A stretch of 64,000 bases of DNA, taken from positions 1 to 64,000 of IMG/VR virus record IMGVR_UViG_3300037851_000831, one strand, 5' to 3'. This document shows positions 9,921 to 19,808 of the stretch, in pieces. Both the position numbers and the translations under genes were made by a program. How positions within the stretch are numbered: position 1 is the stretch's first letter; each line of letters begins with the position of its first letter. Origin of the DNA: a virus. A model generated the notes under the pieces. The model was not told the DNA's origin. It ran no database searches and saw only the letters and a list, made by a program, of their open reading frames with translations.

Positions 9921-12230
9921 TTAGTCACAGGTAGTTAGACCTGAGAATGGTGAACCAAATGGTGTCGTTTGAACCTGAATTACTCCGATGATGTTGGAAC
10001 CGCTGTTAAAATAACCAGCAAACTCGACCGACTGACCACTAATGTTCGAATCGTATTGATTCGAAATCGATGAGGAATTCAATCGGAAATCATAAATCGA
10101 ACTCGTCGTTCTGATACCATTTGTAATGTCATCAAACGTGGCGATAACAGGTGTGTTGAAGAACGAACCAGTCGGAGTTAGAGTGATCGGATGGGAAGAA
10201 TCGACCTTGCATCGAACTGAGCAATTTGAGAATTCTCCGGTTGAAATTCCAACGGTCTCAACCAAAATAGACACCGTGTCTCTGTCGCCATAGGAATTTC
10301 CGATGGAAGTGAGGTAGGTGTACACCGCATCATCCAATCCAGAAACCGTATGAGAATAAGTGGATGCCGGACCAGTCATGGAATCCATGTAGAACACGCC
10401 GTTTCTATACAGCGAGCCGGTGAACGACGACCATGAACCCGGAGTTGTCTTGGTCGTTGTGAATTTCAGAGTTCGATTTGAACCATTTCCAAGAACAAAT
10501 CCGACGATCAACTTGTCATTACCCGTGTTTTCAGAAACTCCCGTTGCACCGAATGAGTTGAACACAAATTCTGTGAATGGTGTTGTCAGAGACACACCGG
10601 CTTCGTCGGATACATATCCTTCCATAGAAACTTGAAGGCTGCTCGAAAGACCCGGAGCGGTCAAATAGACTCGCTTTTGTGGAAGGAGATATCCTGCCAT
10701 AGCAATCGTTGTGATCGAACCTGATTGAAGGTTGATTGGTGCCAAGCGGCTACTGTCGTTTGGAGCGGAACCTAGGGATGCCGTGATATTCTGACTGGAG
10801 AGGAATCGATATGACGTAATGATTGCGCCGTCAGGAAGAATGTCGCGGGGAATTCCCTTCTCACCAAAATATCCGGAAGCGGTCAATGAATAATCTAGTA
10901 CGAAATCGGTGATCGGTCTCAATGTTGCAGAACCAGTCTCGGGTCTTACCAAGTGTGTTCTGTATGGAGAAACGTCTCTCCATTGAGACACGCCCGGTTG
11001 AACGCTCTCTGGCTCAAGGGCGAATACAGAACCCGTCGCTGTCGTCGAGCCCCATTTATCATCCCCATCGATTCCATACAAATGATTGCTGCGAACCTCG
11101 GTTGCGGAGAGAACCTTATTGTATAGGTAAAAGCAATAAACAGAGAAGCCAGACAGTTCTGCGGCGATATCCGTGTTTCTATTTACTGAGAAATACGTGT
11201 TGTTCACATAACTCGTCGCCCAAGAATCGGGAAATCCGAATGAAACTTCCTCAGTCGAAACCAACTCACCGTTGATGAAAATTCTTCCCGTATCGGAAGC
11301 GGAATTTCTGACAAACGCAATTGAAACAATTGAGTTTCCGTATGCCGCGAGAACTTCCTTGTACACCACCGAGCGGATTCCCGTACCAGAATTAATCTTG
11401 AATGCGAGGTCGGCACCTGACGGTGTTGGATTCAACGTAACAATGAACCCATCTGAAATTGATGCTGGTGTTTCTTTGTTTGGTCCCAGAGCAAATAGAA
11501 CTTGATCGGCATAGCGTGGAGCAAATTCAATTGGCGGAAGTTTTGCAACGAAGAACACACTGAAGTCATCCGTTCCGATCAACTGGCTTGGTACCATTTC
11601 GGAGTAGCATGATACGCTGTGTGTTGGGTACAACTCCAAACCATTTGTGTATCTCAGAGGTGCATCCGACAAACTCAAGACCTTGAAGAATGTTGTTGGA
11701 GACAAACTTCTCTGGTTTATGACAAAGACGGATGACGCCGTTCTTCCGATTGCTACGGGCTTTGATTGTTGACCGGTATTCTCGGTTGCAGGATCGATGG
11801 TGGTGAGTTGCCCGGAACCACTCAAGAAATACAACTGACCGGGAATAATTGAGGAAACACCGTCAAGTGTCGCGTTTCCACCGATCGCATACAGAAAATT
11901 GTCTGCGGATGGTACCGAATAGACGATGCCTACTCCTTCTGCCAAAGTGAAATCGTCGGGGGATGCAAGAACGAATTGACCGCCTTCATGGCGAATCACA
12001 TCCCCAACCGAAAAACCGTGCCCAACTTGAGTTACAGAATCGCCCAATCCAGAAACCGATCCTGATACAAGACCGGTGATGAAAGACGATAGTTCGTCTG
12101 ACTCCATCCACTTGATTTCATTGTATGGTGAAGATGGGGTACCGCCCACCTTCACGACAGGGAATAAATCGTTGGAGGCTAGTTCACTAGCGTAGGAACT
12201 GCTGAGTGCTGAGGTCTTTCTGCCGGGCAT
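9921..12230 (-). CDS. Putative tail fibre/virion protein with LamG-like domain, paralog of 8043-9887
   Basis: QVGHGFSVGDVI, RIFING, YLYNKVLS; shared FALEPxSVQP...WxDVSP block. Confidence 0.7.
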   Translation of the reverse strand: MPGRKTSALSSSYASELASNDLFPVVKVGGTPSSPYNEIKWMESDELSSFITGLVSGSVSGLGDSVTQVGHGFSVGDVIRHEGGQFVLASPDDFTLAEGVGIVYSVPSADNFLYAIGGNATLDGVSSIIPGQLYFLSGSGQLTTIDPATENTGQQSKPVAIGRTASSVFVINQRSLSPTTFFKVLSLSDAPLRYTNGLELYPTHSVSCYSEMVPSQLIGTDDFSVFFVAKLPPIEFAPRYADQVLFALGPNKETPASISDGFIVTLNPTPSGADLAFKINSGTGIRSVVYKEVLAAYGNSIVSIAFVRNSASDTGRIFINGELVSTEEVSFGFPDSWATSYVNNTYFSVNRNTDIAAELSGFSVYCFYLYNKVLSATEVRSNHLYGIDGDDKWGSTTATGSVFALEPESVQPGVSQWRDVSPYRTHLVRPETGSATLRPITDFVLDYSLTASGYFGEKGIPRDILPDGAIITSYRFLSSQNITASLGSAPNDSSRLAPINLQSGSITTIAMAGYLLPQKRVYLTAPGLSSSLQVSMEGYVSDEAGVSLTTPFTEFVFNSFGATGVSENTGNDKLIVGFVLGNGSNRTLKFTTTKTTPGSWSSFTGSLYRNGVFYMDSMTGPASTYSHTVSGLDDAVYTYLTSIGNSYGDRDTVSILVETVGISTGEFSNCSVRCKVDSSHPITLTPTGSFFNTPVIATFDDITNGIRTTSSIYDFRLNSSSISNQYDSNISGQSVEFAGYFNSGSNIIGVIQVQTTPFGSPFSGLTTCD

Positions 12231-12280
12231 ATTTATAATGGTGTAGGTCTACCACTATAAATATGCCCGGATGGAACATT

Positions 12281-13063
12281 TCAGTGAGATTTGTCTGGTG
12301 TCATTTTCTTTATCTTCTCGAAAATGTACTTCACCAGAGCACTTCTTACAATGTCATCCTCCGTGAACTCGAAGGTATAGATTCCATTGGCACGGCTTTC
12401 GTCATCATTGAAGTGGTCGAAGATTTTCTTAAAACCACTCTTTGAGTTGATATCGCTCTGGTAAGGGTCACCGGTCATGAATAACTTACTGAACTTACCG
12501 ACACGGGTCATCAGGGTGACGATTTCCTTGTGAGTCATGTTCTGAGCCTCGTCAGCGATGATGCACTTTACGTCCCAATTCAAGCCTCGAAGGAATCCGA
12601 CAGGAAGACCCTGAACTCTTTGGTCTGCCTGAAGCATTTTGATTTCCTGTGGAGGAAGCATTTCCATCATCTTCTGAACTAAAGGTTCGAGATATGGTGC
12701 CATCTTGTCAGCACTTTCACCGGGCAGGAATCCAAGTTTCGAATCGGAGGATTCGACCGCCGAACGAACGTAGATGATTTCGTCAAAACGCTTGTCGGAG
12801 AGAAGTGATAGTGCAACGTAAACCGCTAGATAGGTCTTGGCGGTACCGGCAGGACCACTCACAAGCATGAGTTTGGTGTCTTTCTGAAATGCTAAATCAA
12901 TGAATTTCTTTTGCTTCTCTGTGAAATCGTCTCTCTGAACAATTGAAAGTGGAAACTTGAGTTTTTCTCGCTGGAATACTTGTGGGCTTCGGTCTTTTTT
13001 CTCCTGTGTTGGATTGTGGTTTTTTTCTGACGGGTGCGGCTCACGTTTGTTTTTTCTACTCAT
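12281..13063 (-). CDS. phoH: PhoH-like ATPase
   Basis: GPAGTAKT Walker A, LGFLPG, LRG, DEAQN, TGDPYQSD, DIVRS. Confidence 0.95.
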   Translation of the reverse strand: MSRKNKREPHPSEKNHNPTQEKKDRSPQVFQREKLKFPLSIVQRDDFTEKQKKFIDLAFQKDTKLMLVSGPAGTAKTYLAVYVALSLLSDKRFDEIIYVRSAVESSDSKLGFLPGESADKMAPYLEPLVQKMMEMLPPQEIKMLQADQRVQGLPVGFLRGLNWDVKCIIADEAQNMTHKEIVTLMTRVGKFSKLFMTGDPYQSDINSKSGFKKIFDHFNDDESRANGIYTFEFTEDDIVRSALVKYIFEKIKKMTPDKSH

Positions 13064-13066
13064 TGG

Positions 13067-13399
13067 TTATATGTAGTTAGTTTTCACTTTTTCTGTGTTG
13101 AGTTTGATGAGCCGAATCAGCTCTTTTGGCTTAACACACTTCTCGTATTCCTCGGTACCGATATAGTATTCCAAGAAAAATTGTAGATTGCTCAGATACT
13201 CCGACTGATGCAAGATGACCACGTATTGTGATTCATCGAAATTGAATAATTCAATCGTCTCGTGCTTGTCACGCACGGCTTTCTCGATTTCGCCAATGAT
13301 GTATTGGCGCATCTCCTCTTTGTTCATCTGGATATGCTTATCCAACTCGTCGAACTTGCAAGGGAGTGTTGTTTTCTTCTTTTTTGGCTTGGCCATCAT
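13067..13399 (-). CDS. Hypothetical protein (UVR-like EEYEKC motif)
   Basis: 110 aa ORF, EYYIGTEEYEKC. Confidence 0.65.
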   Translation of the reverse strand: MMAKPKKKKTTLPCKFDELDKHIQMNKEEMRQYIIGEIEKAVRDKHETIELFNFDESQYVVILHQSEYLSNLQFFLEYYIGTEEYEKCVKPKELIRLIKLNTEKVKTNYI

Positions 13400-13803
13400 T
13401 AGTAGGATTTGGTGCTGTCTATTTGGTGAAGGAGTTTTCCGAATAGGGAGACGAATCGCTCGTCGCTATAAAGTTTGTCTTCACCCATTGCATCAAGAAT
13501 AATGTGTACCAACTCATGGTAAAATGTTTCGACTTGATCATCTTTCGTAATCTCAAAGGTGTCAAGGGTTTTCGGAACTCGCTTGTGCAGTTTTCTCAAT
13601 CTCTTCTTGATCGCCTTAATGTTGTCGGCATTTACCTTGATGACTTTTGGAATCTGAACCCGGATTCGTTTTAGATTTGGATCAGCATCTCCATAAATCT
13701 CCTCAACCTCCATGATATTGGGTTCTTCAGAGACAGTGTACTCCTGCCCCATCAGAGTGAATTTCTTGGGAAGTATCCGATTTCCTTTTGGTCCCTTTGT
13801 CAT
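13399..13803 (-). CDS. Putative HExxH zinc metallopeptidase
   Basis: TFYHELVHIIL followed by downstream E (DERFV). Confidence 0.75.
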   Translation of the reverse strand: MTKGPKGNRILPKKFTLMGQEYTVSEEPNIMEVEEIYGDADPNLKRIRVQIPKVIKVNADNIKAIKKRLRKLHKRVPKTLDTFEITKDDQVETFYHELVHIILDAMGEDKLYSDERFVSLFGKLLHQIDSTKSY

Positions 13804-13863
13804 CGAAGATAAATAACGAGTGATTAGTGTTGCTAGTCTTTATTTATACATGTGAGCAAAGAA

Positions 13864-14154
13864 ATGCCATCAATATATACCCGAGGCAAAAATCTTGCCA
13901 AAAGCGTCAGTGATTGGGTCATTGACGGCGCGTGCACCGTAAGTAAGAAAACGTATCAGCACCGTATCACGATCTGTCAGGGTCACCCCGACAAATACAA
14001 TAAGGTAATGGCATGTCCGGAATGGCAACCAGAAGCATATTTTGGGTTCGGTGGTTGTAGAAAGTGCGGATGCACAAAAGCCAAGCACAAAATGTGCACC
14101 AGTTCGTGCCCACTCAATCCACCGAAATGGGGCGCGGTGCCCCACGGTCATTAA
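13864..14154 (+). CDS. Small Cys-rich, probably Zn-binding protein (DUF6171-like)
   Basis: R..IC...CP...CRKCGC...K.....CP..KW pattern. Confidence 0.65.
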   Translation: MPSIYTRGKNLAKSVSDWVIDGACTVSKKTYQHRITICQGHPDKYNKVMACPEWQPEAYFGFGGCRKCGCTKAKHKMCTSSCPLNPPKWGAVPHGH

Positions 14155-14804
14155 ATACCTCTCGGCGTGGATTTCGTGGTCACGATCCATTTCGTTCCAC
14201 GAGAAATGAAAGGTGTGTGCTGCTCGGAAGAAAATGCACCAACTGTCTTCTTGACTTCTGGATCAGTCGGGTCCCAGTTGTTTCCGATCATGATGCCGCC
14301 GTTCTTAACGTTCGGCCAGAAACGTGTCATCTTCTCATGCATTTCGTGTAGGTCATAGAATTGATTGATGATGACCATATCGAACATGACACCTTCAAGA
14401 TACTTCGCTGCCTCACGCTCCGTGATGCAAAGTGGTGCTACCCAATTCTGATAGTTCTTGAAATACATGTTGGCGATGAATTGCTCATATAGAAGCGGGC
14501 GACCATTCTTCATCGGCATCAATTTACTATCGTGCATCTCAGCCGTTCCGAGCCAAGTATCCAAAGGAAAGAATTTGCTTGGCGAGTTTGCCGAACGAGC
14601 ATTGAGAATCAAGGTATCCAACGCTTCTCCGCTATCAATTCCACCAACAACAAGAACGTGTGCAGGCTTCAACACCGAAAAGATATGACGGTAGGTTGGC
14701 TCTGCTTCCGGGGTAGGCTTCAATGTGAATCTGAAGTTTCGTTGATTGAATCCCTCGGAAACCAAATCCAAGCGGTGAGAGGTAAAAAGTTGCTCAGTAT
14801 CCAT
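14151..14804 (-). CDS. Class I SAM methyltransferase-like protein (Methyltransf_24-like, degenerate)
   Basis: DTWLG, LYEQF, FDMVII, VKNGGIMIG; start placed after ATATTTAT. Confidence 0.7.
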   Translation of the reverse strand: MDTEQLFTSHRLDLVSEGFNQRNFRFTLKPTPEAEPTYRHIFSVLKPAHVLVVGGIDSGEALDTLILNARSANSPSKFFPLDTWLGTAEMHDSKLMPMKNGRPLLYEQFIANMYFKNYQNWVAPLCITEREAAKYLEGVMFDMVIINQFYDLHEMHEKMTRFWPNVKNGGIMIGNNWDPTDPEVKKTVGAFSSEQHTPFISRGTKWIVTTKSTPRGI

Positions 14805-14867
14805 GCCTATAAATATGAAAGACGGCACCTTTCGATGCCGTCTTTCTCTAAAAGAATGTTCCGTGTA

Positions 14868-15173
14868 TTAGGCGGAAACTTCCGACTCTGCCTTCTTGCG
14901 CTTCTTCTTGGTGTTGGCTTTCACCTTCACCTTGACCTCCTTGACGGCGGCGACCTCTTCCCTGACGGTCTCTGCCTTCAATGACTTGAGCACCACGTTA
15001 GCGGTGCGCTTCCATGCCCGTCGTGTCTTGGGAGACACGAACACAAATGACTCGCCTTCCTTGAGGAGAGCCATGACTTCATCCGCCGTTTCAGCGGACT
15101 TGATGCGTTCCCGAAGCCCCGTTGCAGGAGCGGCTTCGACAACCTTACTGGATGTTTCAACAGCCTTTTTCAT
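14868..15173 (-). CDS. Basic hypothetical protein
   Basis: 101 aa K/A/V-rich ORF followed by hairpin 14817-14846. Confidence 0.7.
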   Translation of the reverse strand: MKKAVETSSKVVEAAPATGLRERIKSAETADEVMALLKEGESFVFVSPKTRRAWKRTANVVLKSLKAETVREEVAAVKEVKVKVKANTKKKRKKAESEVSA

Positions 15174-15179
15174 ATGTTG

Positions 15180-15548
15180 TTATTGGTTTGGTGTCCACGC
15201 TCTGATTTTGATCAGATCGGTGGAGCGGGTTTCATACTTCTGGAATCCATTGTTGGTCCAGACTCGAATGGTTGCCCATTCACGATTTTTCGATAGATAC
15301 AGCACATAACATTCATGCCGAGTGTCATCGCCTTTCAGAACGACGATATCACCGACAGAAATATCATTGTTGACGACCACGATGTAATCGTCACGTTCGA
15401 TGCGCTTACCTGCCATGTATGTGAACTCATGAACAATCAAATTTCCGAAGATATAGATTGCAGCCATGAGACCGAGAGCAATCATCACCCTCAGAGGAGT
15501 GAAGTGCCTAGTGAACTTTCGATTTGGTCTTGGGATTGAATCTTTCAT
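15180..15548 (-). CDS. Hypothetical membrane protein
   Basis: One TM segment; start overlaps upstream stop. Confidence 0.6.
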   Translation of the reverse strand: MKDSIPRPNRKFTRHFTPLRVMIALGLMAAIYIFGNLIVHEFTYMAGKRIERDDYIVVVNNDISVGDIVVLKGDDTRHECYVLYLSKNREWATIRVWTNNGFQKYETRSTDLIKIRAWTPNQ

Positions 15549-15748
15549 ATGAGATAATGCCCAATGAGAATTCCACCACCCACGAGAGAACCGACGAGAA
15601 GAAGAATGCGTGCCCACTTCCAGAATCGACTCGGCTTTTTGCCAATCAATTCACTACCATCAACGGCAAACATGTAGAAGAGGATGAACAATGTTGCAAA
15701 CCATGCCGCAGTACTGCTTCTCTTTTTATCTTCGTCAAGCGGCATCAT
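15545..15748 (-). CDS. Small two-TM membrane protein
   Basis: Two hydrophobic segments. Confidence 0.55.
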   Translation of the reverse strand: MMPLDEDKKRSSTAAWFATLFILFYMFAVDGSELIGKKPSRFWKWARILLLVGSLVGGGILIGHYLI

Positions 15749-15752
15749 GGCG

Positions 15753-16061
15753 TCAGTTCTTGTTTTCCGGCTTGCGCTTCTTGCGCTCCGGGCGGATCGC
15801 GCTACCATTGGAGCGGATCGGATAAATGTTGACCTTCGTTCCATCCGGCCAACGCTTGACGATTCCTCGCCAGAAGTTCAACTCGCGAAGAGCATACTCG
15901 TCATTCGCGGAAGGATAGACGGCATCCGAAACACGGAAGCGATCACGAAACACGGAATACAGCGGTTGCTGCTTCTCCTCAGTTGGTGTGGAGTCGGCCT
16001 GAATCATCTCAGGTACGACAGGTTCAGCGGCATCGACAACAGTCTTGATGGTTTTGCCCAT
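15753..16061 (-). CDS. Hypothetical protein
   Basis: 102 aa ORF downstream of TTGACT promoter at ~16170. Confidence 0.65.
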   Translation of the reverse strand: MGKTIKTVVDAAEPVVPEMIQADSTPTEEKQQPLYSVFRDRFRVSDAVYPSANDEYALRELNFWRGIVKRWPDGTKVNIYPIRSNGSAIRPERKKRKPENKN

Positions 16062-16361
16062 AACAGTTTCTCTACAGATAGATTTCCAGCCGTGACCGAG
16101 AGTCGTTCTCTGCCTTTCTTCGGTGGATTTCTATCGTCATCAATGAGTTTGTTTCGGCGGTTTAGAAAGTCAAGCACTTTTGATTATTTTACACAAAATC
16201 AATCCTACTTATAAAAACGTGAACTACCGAATTCAAGAGCGACAACAACACTTCTTGCTTCATCTACGATGCTTGATAAAAAAGGTGTGCTCTCATCGGC
16301 ACACCTTTTCTAGTAAGTGGTTCCATGTATGTGGAATGTTCCGCTGCCTCAAGATCAAGTT

Positions 16362-16988
16362 TTAGTCAATCTCTCGCGGCTCAAACCAACCGTCGCCATT
16401 ATCGGGTTCCCACGGTGCCTTCTGATATGTGCGTTCCTTGCGAACCTCAAACGCCATGATGATCGTTTGCACTGCAAATTCCATACGCTCAAAGAAAGCA
16501 TGATCCTTCAAGTCGGAAGGAAGCAATTGAATCTCGTCAGACACACGGTCGAAACGACCAACGCGAAACCAACTATGAATGTTCTTTACTCGGTCGAACA
16601 CATTAACGTTGTCAATGCACGTTCCGGTTAGGTCGATCTTGGCGATTGCCTCAGCCTGAACTTCCTTCGACGGGTAAAGCGAATTGAGATAATCCGTCGC
16701 CATCTTCTGATAGTTCTTGTCGGTGAATTGCGCCTCGCTGAAACTTGTGGAGAGTTTGTGAACCTCCTCAATCGGAAGAATGCCAAACAGATTGGCTTCC
16801 TTCTTATCCTTCAGATACTCGATAAGAGGCTTGAACTTGGATGGCTGATTTGGCGGGGTGACCTTGTTCGTTGGGTTCAACGTTATGCCATCCTTACCGC
16901 ACGTAGCGTTAAGAAGGCTTCCCGGCTCCGTGTGGGCGGCATTGAGAATATCCAACATCATCTTTTTCTTCAGTTCTTCGGGTGTCAT
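16362..16988 (-). CDS. Hypothetical protein, paralogous to C-terminus of 16992-18008
   Basis: IHSWFRVGRFDR vs IKGWFMLGRFDK. Confidence 0.75.
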   Translation of the reverse strand: MTPEELKKKMMLDILNAAHTEPGSLLNATCGKDGITLNPTNKVTPPNQPSKFKPLIEYLKDKKEANLFGILPIEEVHKLSTSFSEAQFTDKNYQKMATDYLNSLYPSKEVQAEAIAKIDLTGTCIDNVNVFDRVKNIHSWFRVGRFDRVSDEIQLLPSDLKDHAFFERMEFAVQTIIMAFEVRKERTYQKAPWEPDNGDGWFEPREID

Positions 16989-16991
16989 AAC

Positions 16992-18008
16992 TTATTCCTC
17001 TCTCCATCCCATCAAATCGTCGATGGCATATGGAATCTTGGCTCCGGTATCACGCTTACGACGGCGGAAGTACATATCCACCATCGACAGGGCGTATGAG
17101 AATCGAACAAAGAAAATGTGTTTGAGGGTGTTCGGGTGAAGTTTCTTTATCTGCTCTGCGCACTTGTCGAAACGACCAAGCATGAACCAACCCTTGATTT
17201 CAAGCAAGCGCCAGTTCGTTTGAATTCCATCCGGGCAGAACTTCGGGCAATCCATGGAGGCTGCTTCCTTGATGGCGGCATTCCTATCGTTGTGGAAACC
17301 GTCCAGAAATTTTTTCGCCTTCGCGGTGTAATCCGTGTCGGTAAACGTTTCCTTGACAAAAGCCTTCTGCCATTCAATGATCTTGGTGAGCATCGTAGGC
17401 TGCGCCTTCGCCAATGTTTCAACCTCGGAACGATCTGCGTATATATCCGAGAAGAAACTCGGTCCATCCTCGGTACCGGCATCGTAAACCGTATCGACGA
17501 TTTTATAAGTCATCTGCTCGATTTCCTTCTCGGTCGGTGAAGGCGTCGCGGGTTCAACCGAAACAGAAGGAATATCAACAATTGATCCAGAAGCATCAAG
17601 CACCTTACCACCCTTCGCCAAAGTTGCATTCATATCCTTCACCAACTTATCACACTCAACGGCGACATGCTTGGAAAGGTTCTCCCATTCCTTTAATTCA
17701 GCCTTCAGAAATTCAGACACGGGCATATCGGCGGAATATCCATGATCCACAAGAAACTTTTGAAATGTCGGGGAATTTGGATTGGAGCCAGAAACAGGCA
17801 ATTCAACCTTCTCAACGATCTTTTCTCCATCAGCGTTGCCGGGCAATTGGTGTGCACCGAAGAATCCTCCACTTCCGGTGGAGAACATTCCTTCATGATC
17901 TTCAAGATTTCCCATAATTGCACGCAACCTTTCTATAACTCGGCGAAAGAACTCCCACAAGCCCCACCATCGTCGATAGGTCGTGTCGGGTATTCTTGCC
18001 ATAGCCAT
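16992..18008 (-). CDS. Hypothetical protein
   Basis: 338 aa ORF; ATATTTAT overlaps ATG. Confidence 0.75.
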   Translation of the reverse strand: MAMARIPDTTYRRWWGLWEFFRRVIERLRAIMGNLEDHEGMFSTGSGGFFGAHQLPGNADGEKIVEKVELPVSGSNPNSPTFQKFLVDHGYSADMPVSEFLKAELKEWENLSKHVAVECDKLVKDMNATLAKGGKVLDASGSIVDIPSVSVEPATPSPTEKEIEQMTYKIVDTVYDAGTEDGPSFFSDIYADRSEVETLAKAQPTMLTKIIEWQKAFVKETFTDTDYTAKAKKFLDGFHNDRNAAIKEAASMDCPKFCPDGIQTNWRLLEIKGWFMLGRFDKCAEQIKKLHPNTLKHIFFVRFSYALSMVDMYFRRRKRDTGAKIPYAIDDLMGWREE

Positions 18009-18589
18009 AAATATGGGAATGATTTATCATCGCATCATTACAATAAGTAAACCACCCCACATGTCAATAGGAAAAATACCCTATGCGTAAAATAACCCCA
18101 TAGACCCTTCATCAATTCATCAATAGCCAGAGACCACACATCACACACAAACGATAATACGAAATTGATTTGCTTGCCCGGAGCGCATATGCCAGCCGTT
18201 CGGAATAGCACACATAGCCGATAATCCGTGAATATCACACATACCCGATAAAGAAAGTGATATCACTTATTATAGCCAAAATCCCCAAAGAAAAAATTCT
18301 CCAAATTTCCGACCCCACCCCACCCTCTCTAAAGAGCAAAAAGGTATGGAGGGAAAATCCCCAAAGAAAAAGTAGCCAAAATTCCGTACCCGGGGTGTGG
18401 CAGACGAAGAGGCAAAAAGGTATGCCGGGAAAAAGATTGAAGAGCGAAGTAAAATAATACCCTTCGAGGAGACCTTCGAAGGAGAAAAGACGGAAAACCT
18501 TCGGAGGAAGGCTATTCTGCCCTTCTTTTGCGGAAAACCTTCAGAGGTAAATTCTCCAGAGAAAAAATTGCCGTGTGTGTCAAATGTAC

Positions 18590-18742
18590 TACATCCCCTA
18601 TGGGGGAGGGGGTACCCCCCTACCCAGAACCACCTACCCCCCCTAGGTGGGTACCCCACCCGGGTACCCCCCACCTACCCCCTAGGTACCCCTACCTAGG
18701 TACCCCCACCCCACCTACCTCTTAGGTCAACCTACCTACCCC
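18590..18742. repeat. Low-complexity C-rich tract with clustered GGTACC/CCTAGG palindromes
   Basis: Repeated CCTACC/CCCACC units and several GGTACC and CCTAGG sites in non-coding DNA. Confidence 0.85.
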
Positions 18743-18847
18743 TTGTAAAAGATATGTAAATCGTTAGGTGTAAAAGAAATGTAAATCTTTTGGGAGGTAT
18801 CTCCACGCTATATCAACATTGATATAGCGGATGTATCAATCGCTATA

Positions 18848-19075
18848 CTACTTCGCCTCGTCGAGCATTCGCTTGACTTCGATGGCAGCGTCACGCCATC
18901 CGGCAGGGCTGAAGAATCCCGCTGCCCCACCAAGTTCCTCCTTGACTTCCTCCACGGTGAGCGACGCCACGTGCGACACGTAGTTGTCAATAGCCGTGAG
19001 GAGCACAGCCTTCACCATGATGTGTTCCATCTCGGCGAGTTGCTTGAGTACCGGTTTCTTTGATTTCTTTGCCAT
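18848..19075 (-). CDS. Hypothetical protein
   Basis: ATG 35 nt after TTGACT. Confidence 0.7.
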   Translation of the reverse strand: MAKKSKKPVLKQLAEMEHIMVKAVLLTAIDNYVSHVASLTVEEVKEELGGAAGFFSPAGWRDAAIEVKRMLDEAK

Positions 19076-19106
19076 GTGAAGGATTAGATCAGGAATTAAA
19101 GAAAAG

Positions 19107-19355
19107 TCAAGCGCCCACGAGATATTTTTCCGCCTCACGATGAACAATTGAGAGGAGGATTTCCGATTGGTACCGGTCGAGTTCCGTTCCCTTCATGTAA
19201 ATGAAAGCAAGATTGATTGCTTTCAATCCGCCCTCGATCTGTGCGGGAGTGGGATTCTTTTTGATCGTGGCGATGAATTCCGCCGCCAACTGCTTGAATC
19301 CCCGCCAATCGTGTGTGAACGCTTCTTCCACGAGAAAGGTTTGTTCGGCTGTCAT
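19107..19355 (-). CDS. Hypothetical protein
   Basis: Promoter-linked ATG; stop overlaps next -35. Confidence 0.7.
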   Translation of the reverse strand: MTAEQTFLVEEAFTHDWRGFKQLAAEFIATIKKNPTPAQIEGGLKAINLAFIYMKGTELDRYQSEILLSIVHREAEKYLVGA

Positions 19356-19411
19356 GGGGAGAATCTTGACGGATTTTCTTTAAGTTGTCAAGTCTTGCAG
19401 CAAAGATTTTT

Positions 19412-19774
19412 TTAGATCATTCCCAGCACGAGCAACCATGAAGGAGAGCCATCATCACCGTGACCATCCGGCTCACAACGCTTGCCCGTGACCGACTTGG
19501 CAACGCCATCGAACGACCAACGCTCAAGAGTATTCACGGAAGGTGTCTTGAAGAAAACACTGAACTTGCGGGTCTTGACCACGATGTTCTTATCAGCGAT
19601 CACACCGGGCGAGAGTTCCGTTCCCTCTGCGATGGTGACTTCGATGGCATCAACGGGCACGGTTGGCGTGCTCGCGGGATAGAGTTTGATGAAGGAAGCC
19701 TTAGCCTTGACGCCAGCGGAGATAACCTGCTGCGTATCCTTGATCGTGATGTTACGGCGGAATGTGACGTTCAT
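19412..19774 (-). CDS. Hypothetical phage protein (CEPDG...SWL)
   Basis: Promoter-linked ATG. Confidence 0.75.
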   Translation of the reverse strand: MNVTFRRNITIKDTQQVISAGVKAKASFIKLYPASTPTVPVDAIEVTIAEGTELSPGVIADKNIVVKTRKFSVFFKTPSVNTLERWSFDGVAKSVTGKRCEPDGHGDDGSPSWLLVLGMI

Positions 19775-19808
19775 GTTGCCGCCTATTAGATCAGGATTCT
19801 AAAAAAAG

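Larger units (their letters stand above)
724..18014. promoter_or_regulatory. Recurrent ATATTTAT putative late promoter motif (dispersed copies)
   Basis: Copies on the coding strand upstream of starts: 724-731(+), 3821-3828(+), 9893-9900(-), 12257-12264(-), 13809-13816(-, variant), 14809-14816(-), 18007-18014(-); also 62149-62156(+). Confidence 0.65.

Noticed and set aside
18257-18725. Pro/Gly-rich ORFs in the track
   Set aside because: Artefacts of low-complexity DNA; no promoter and atypical composition.
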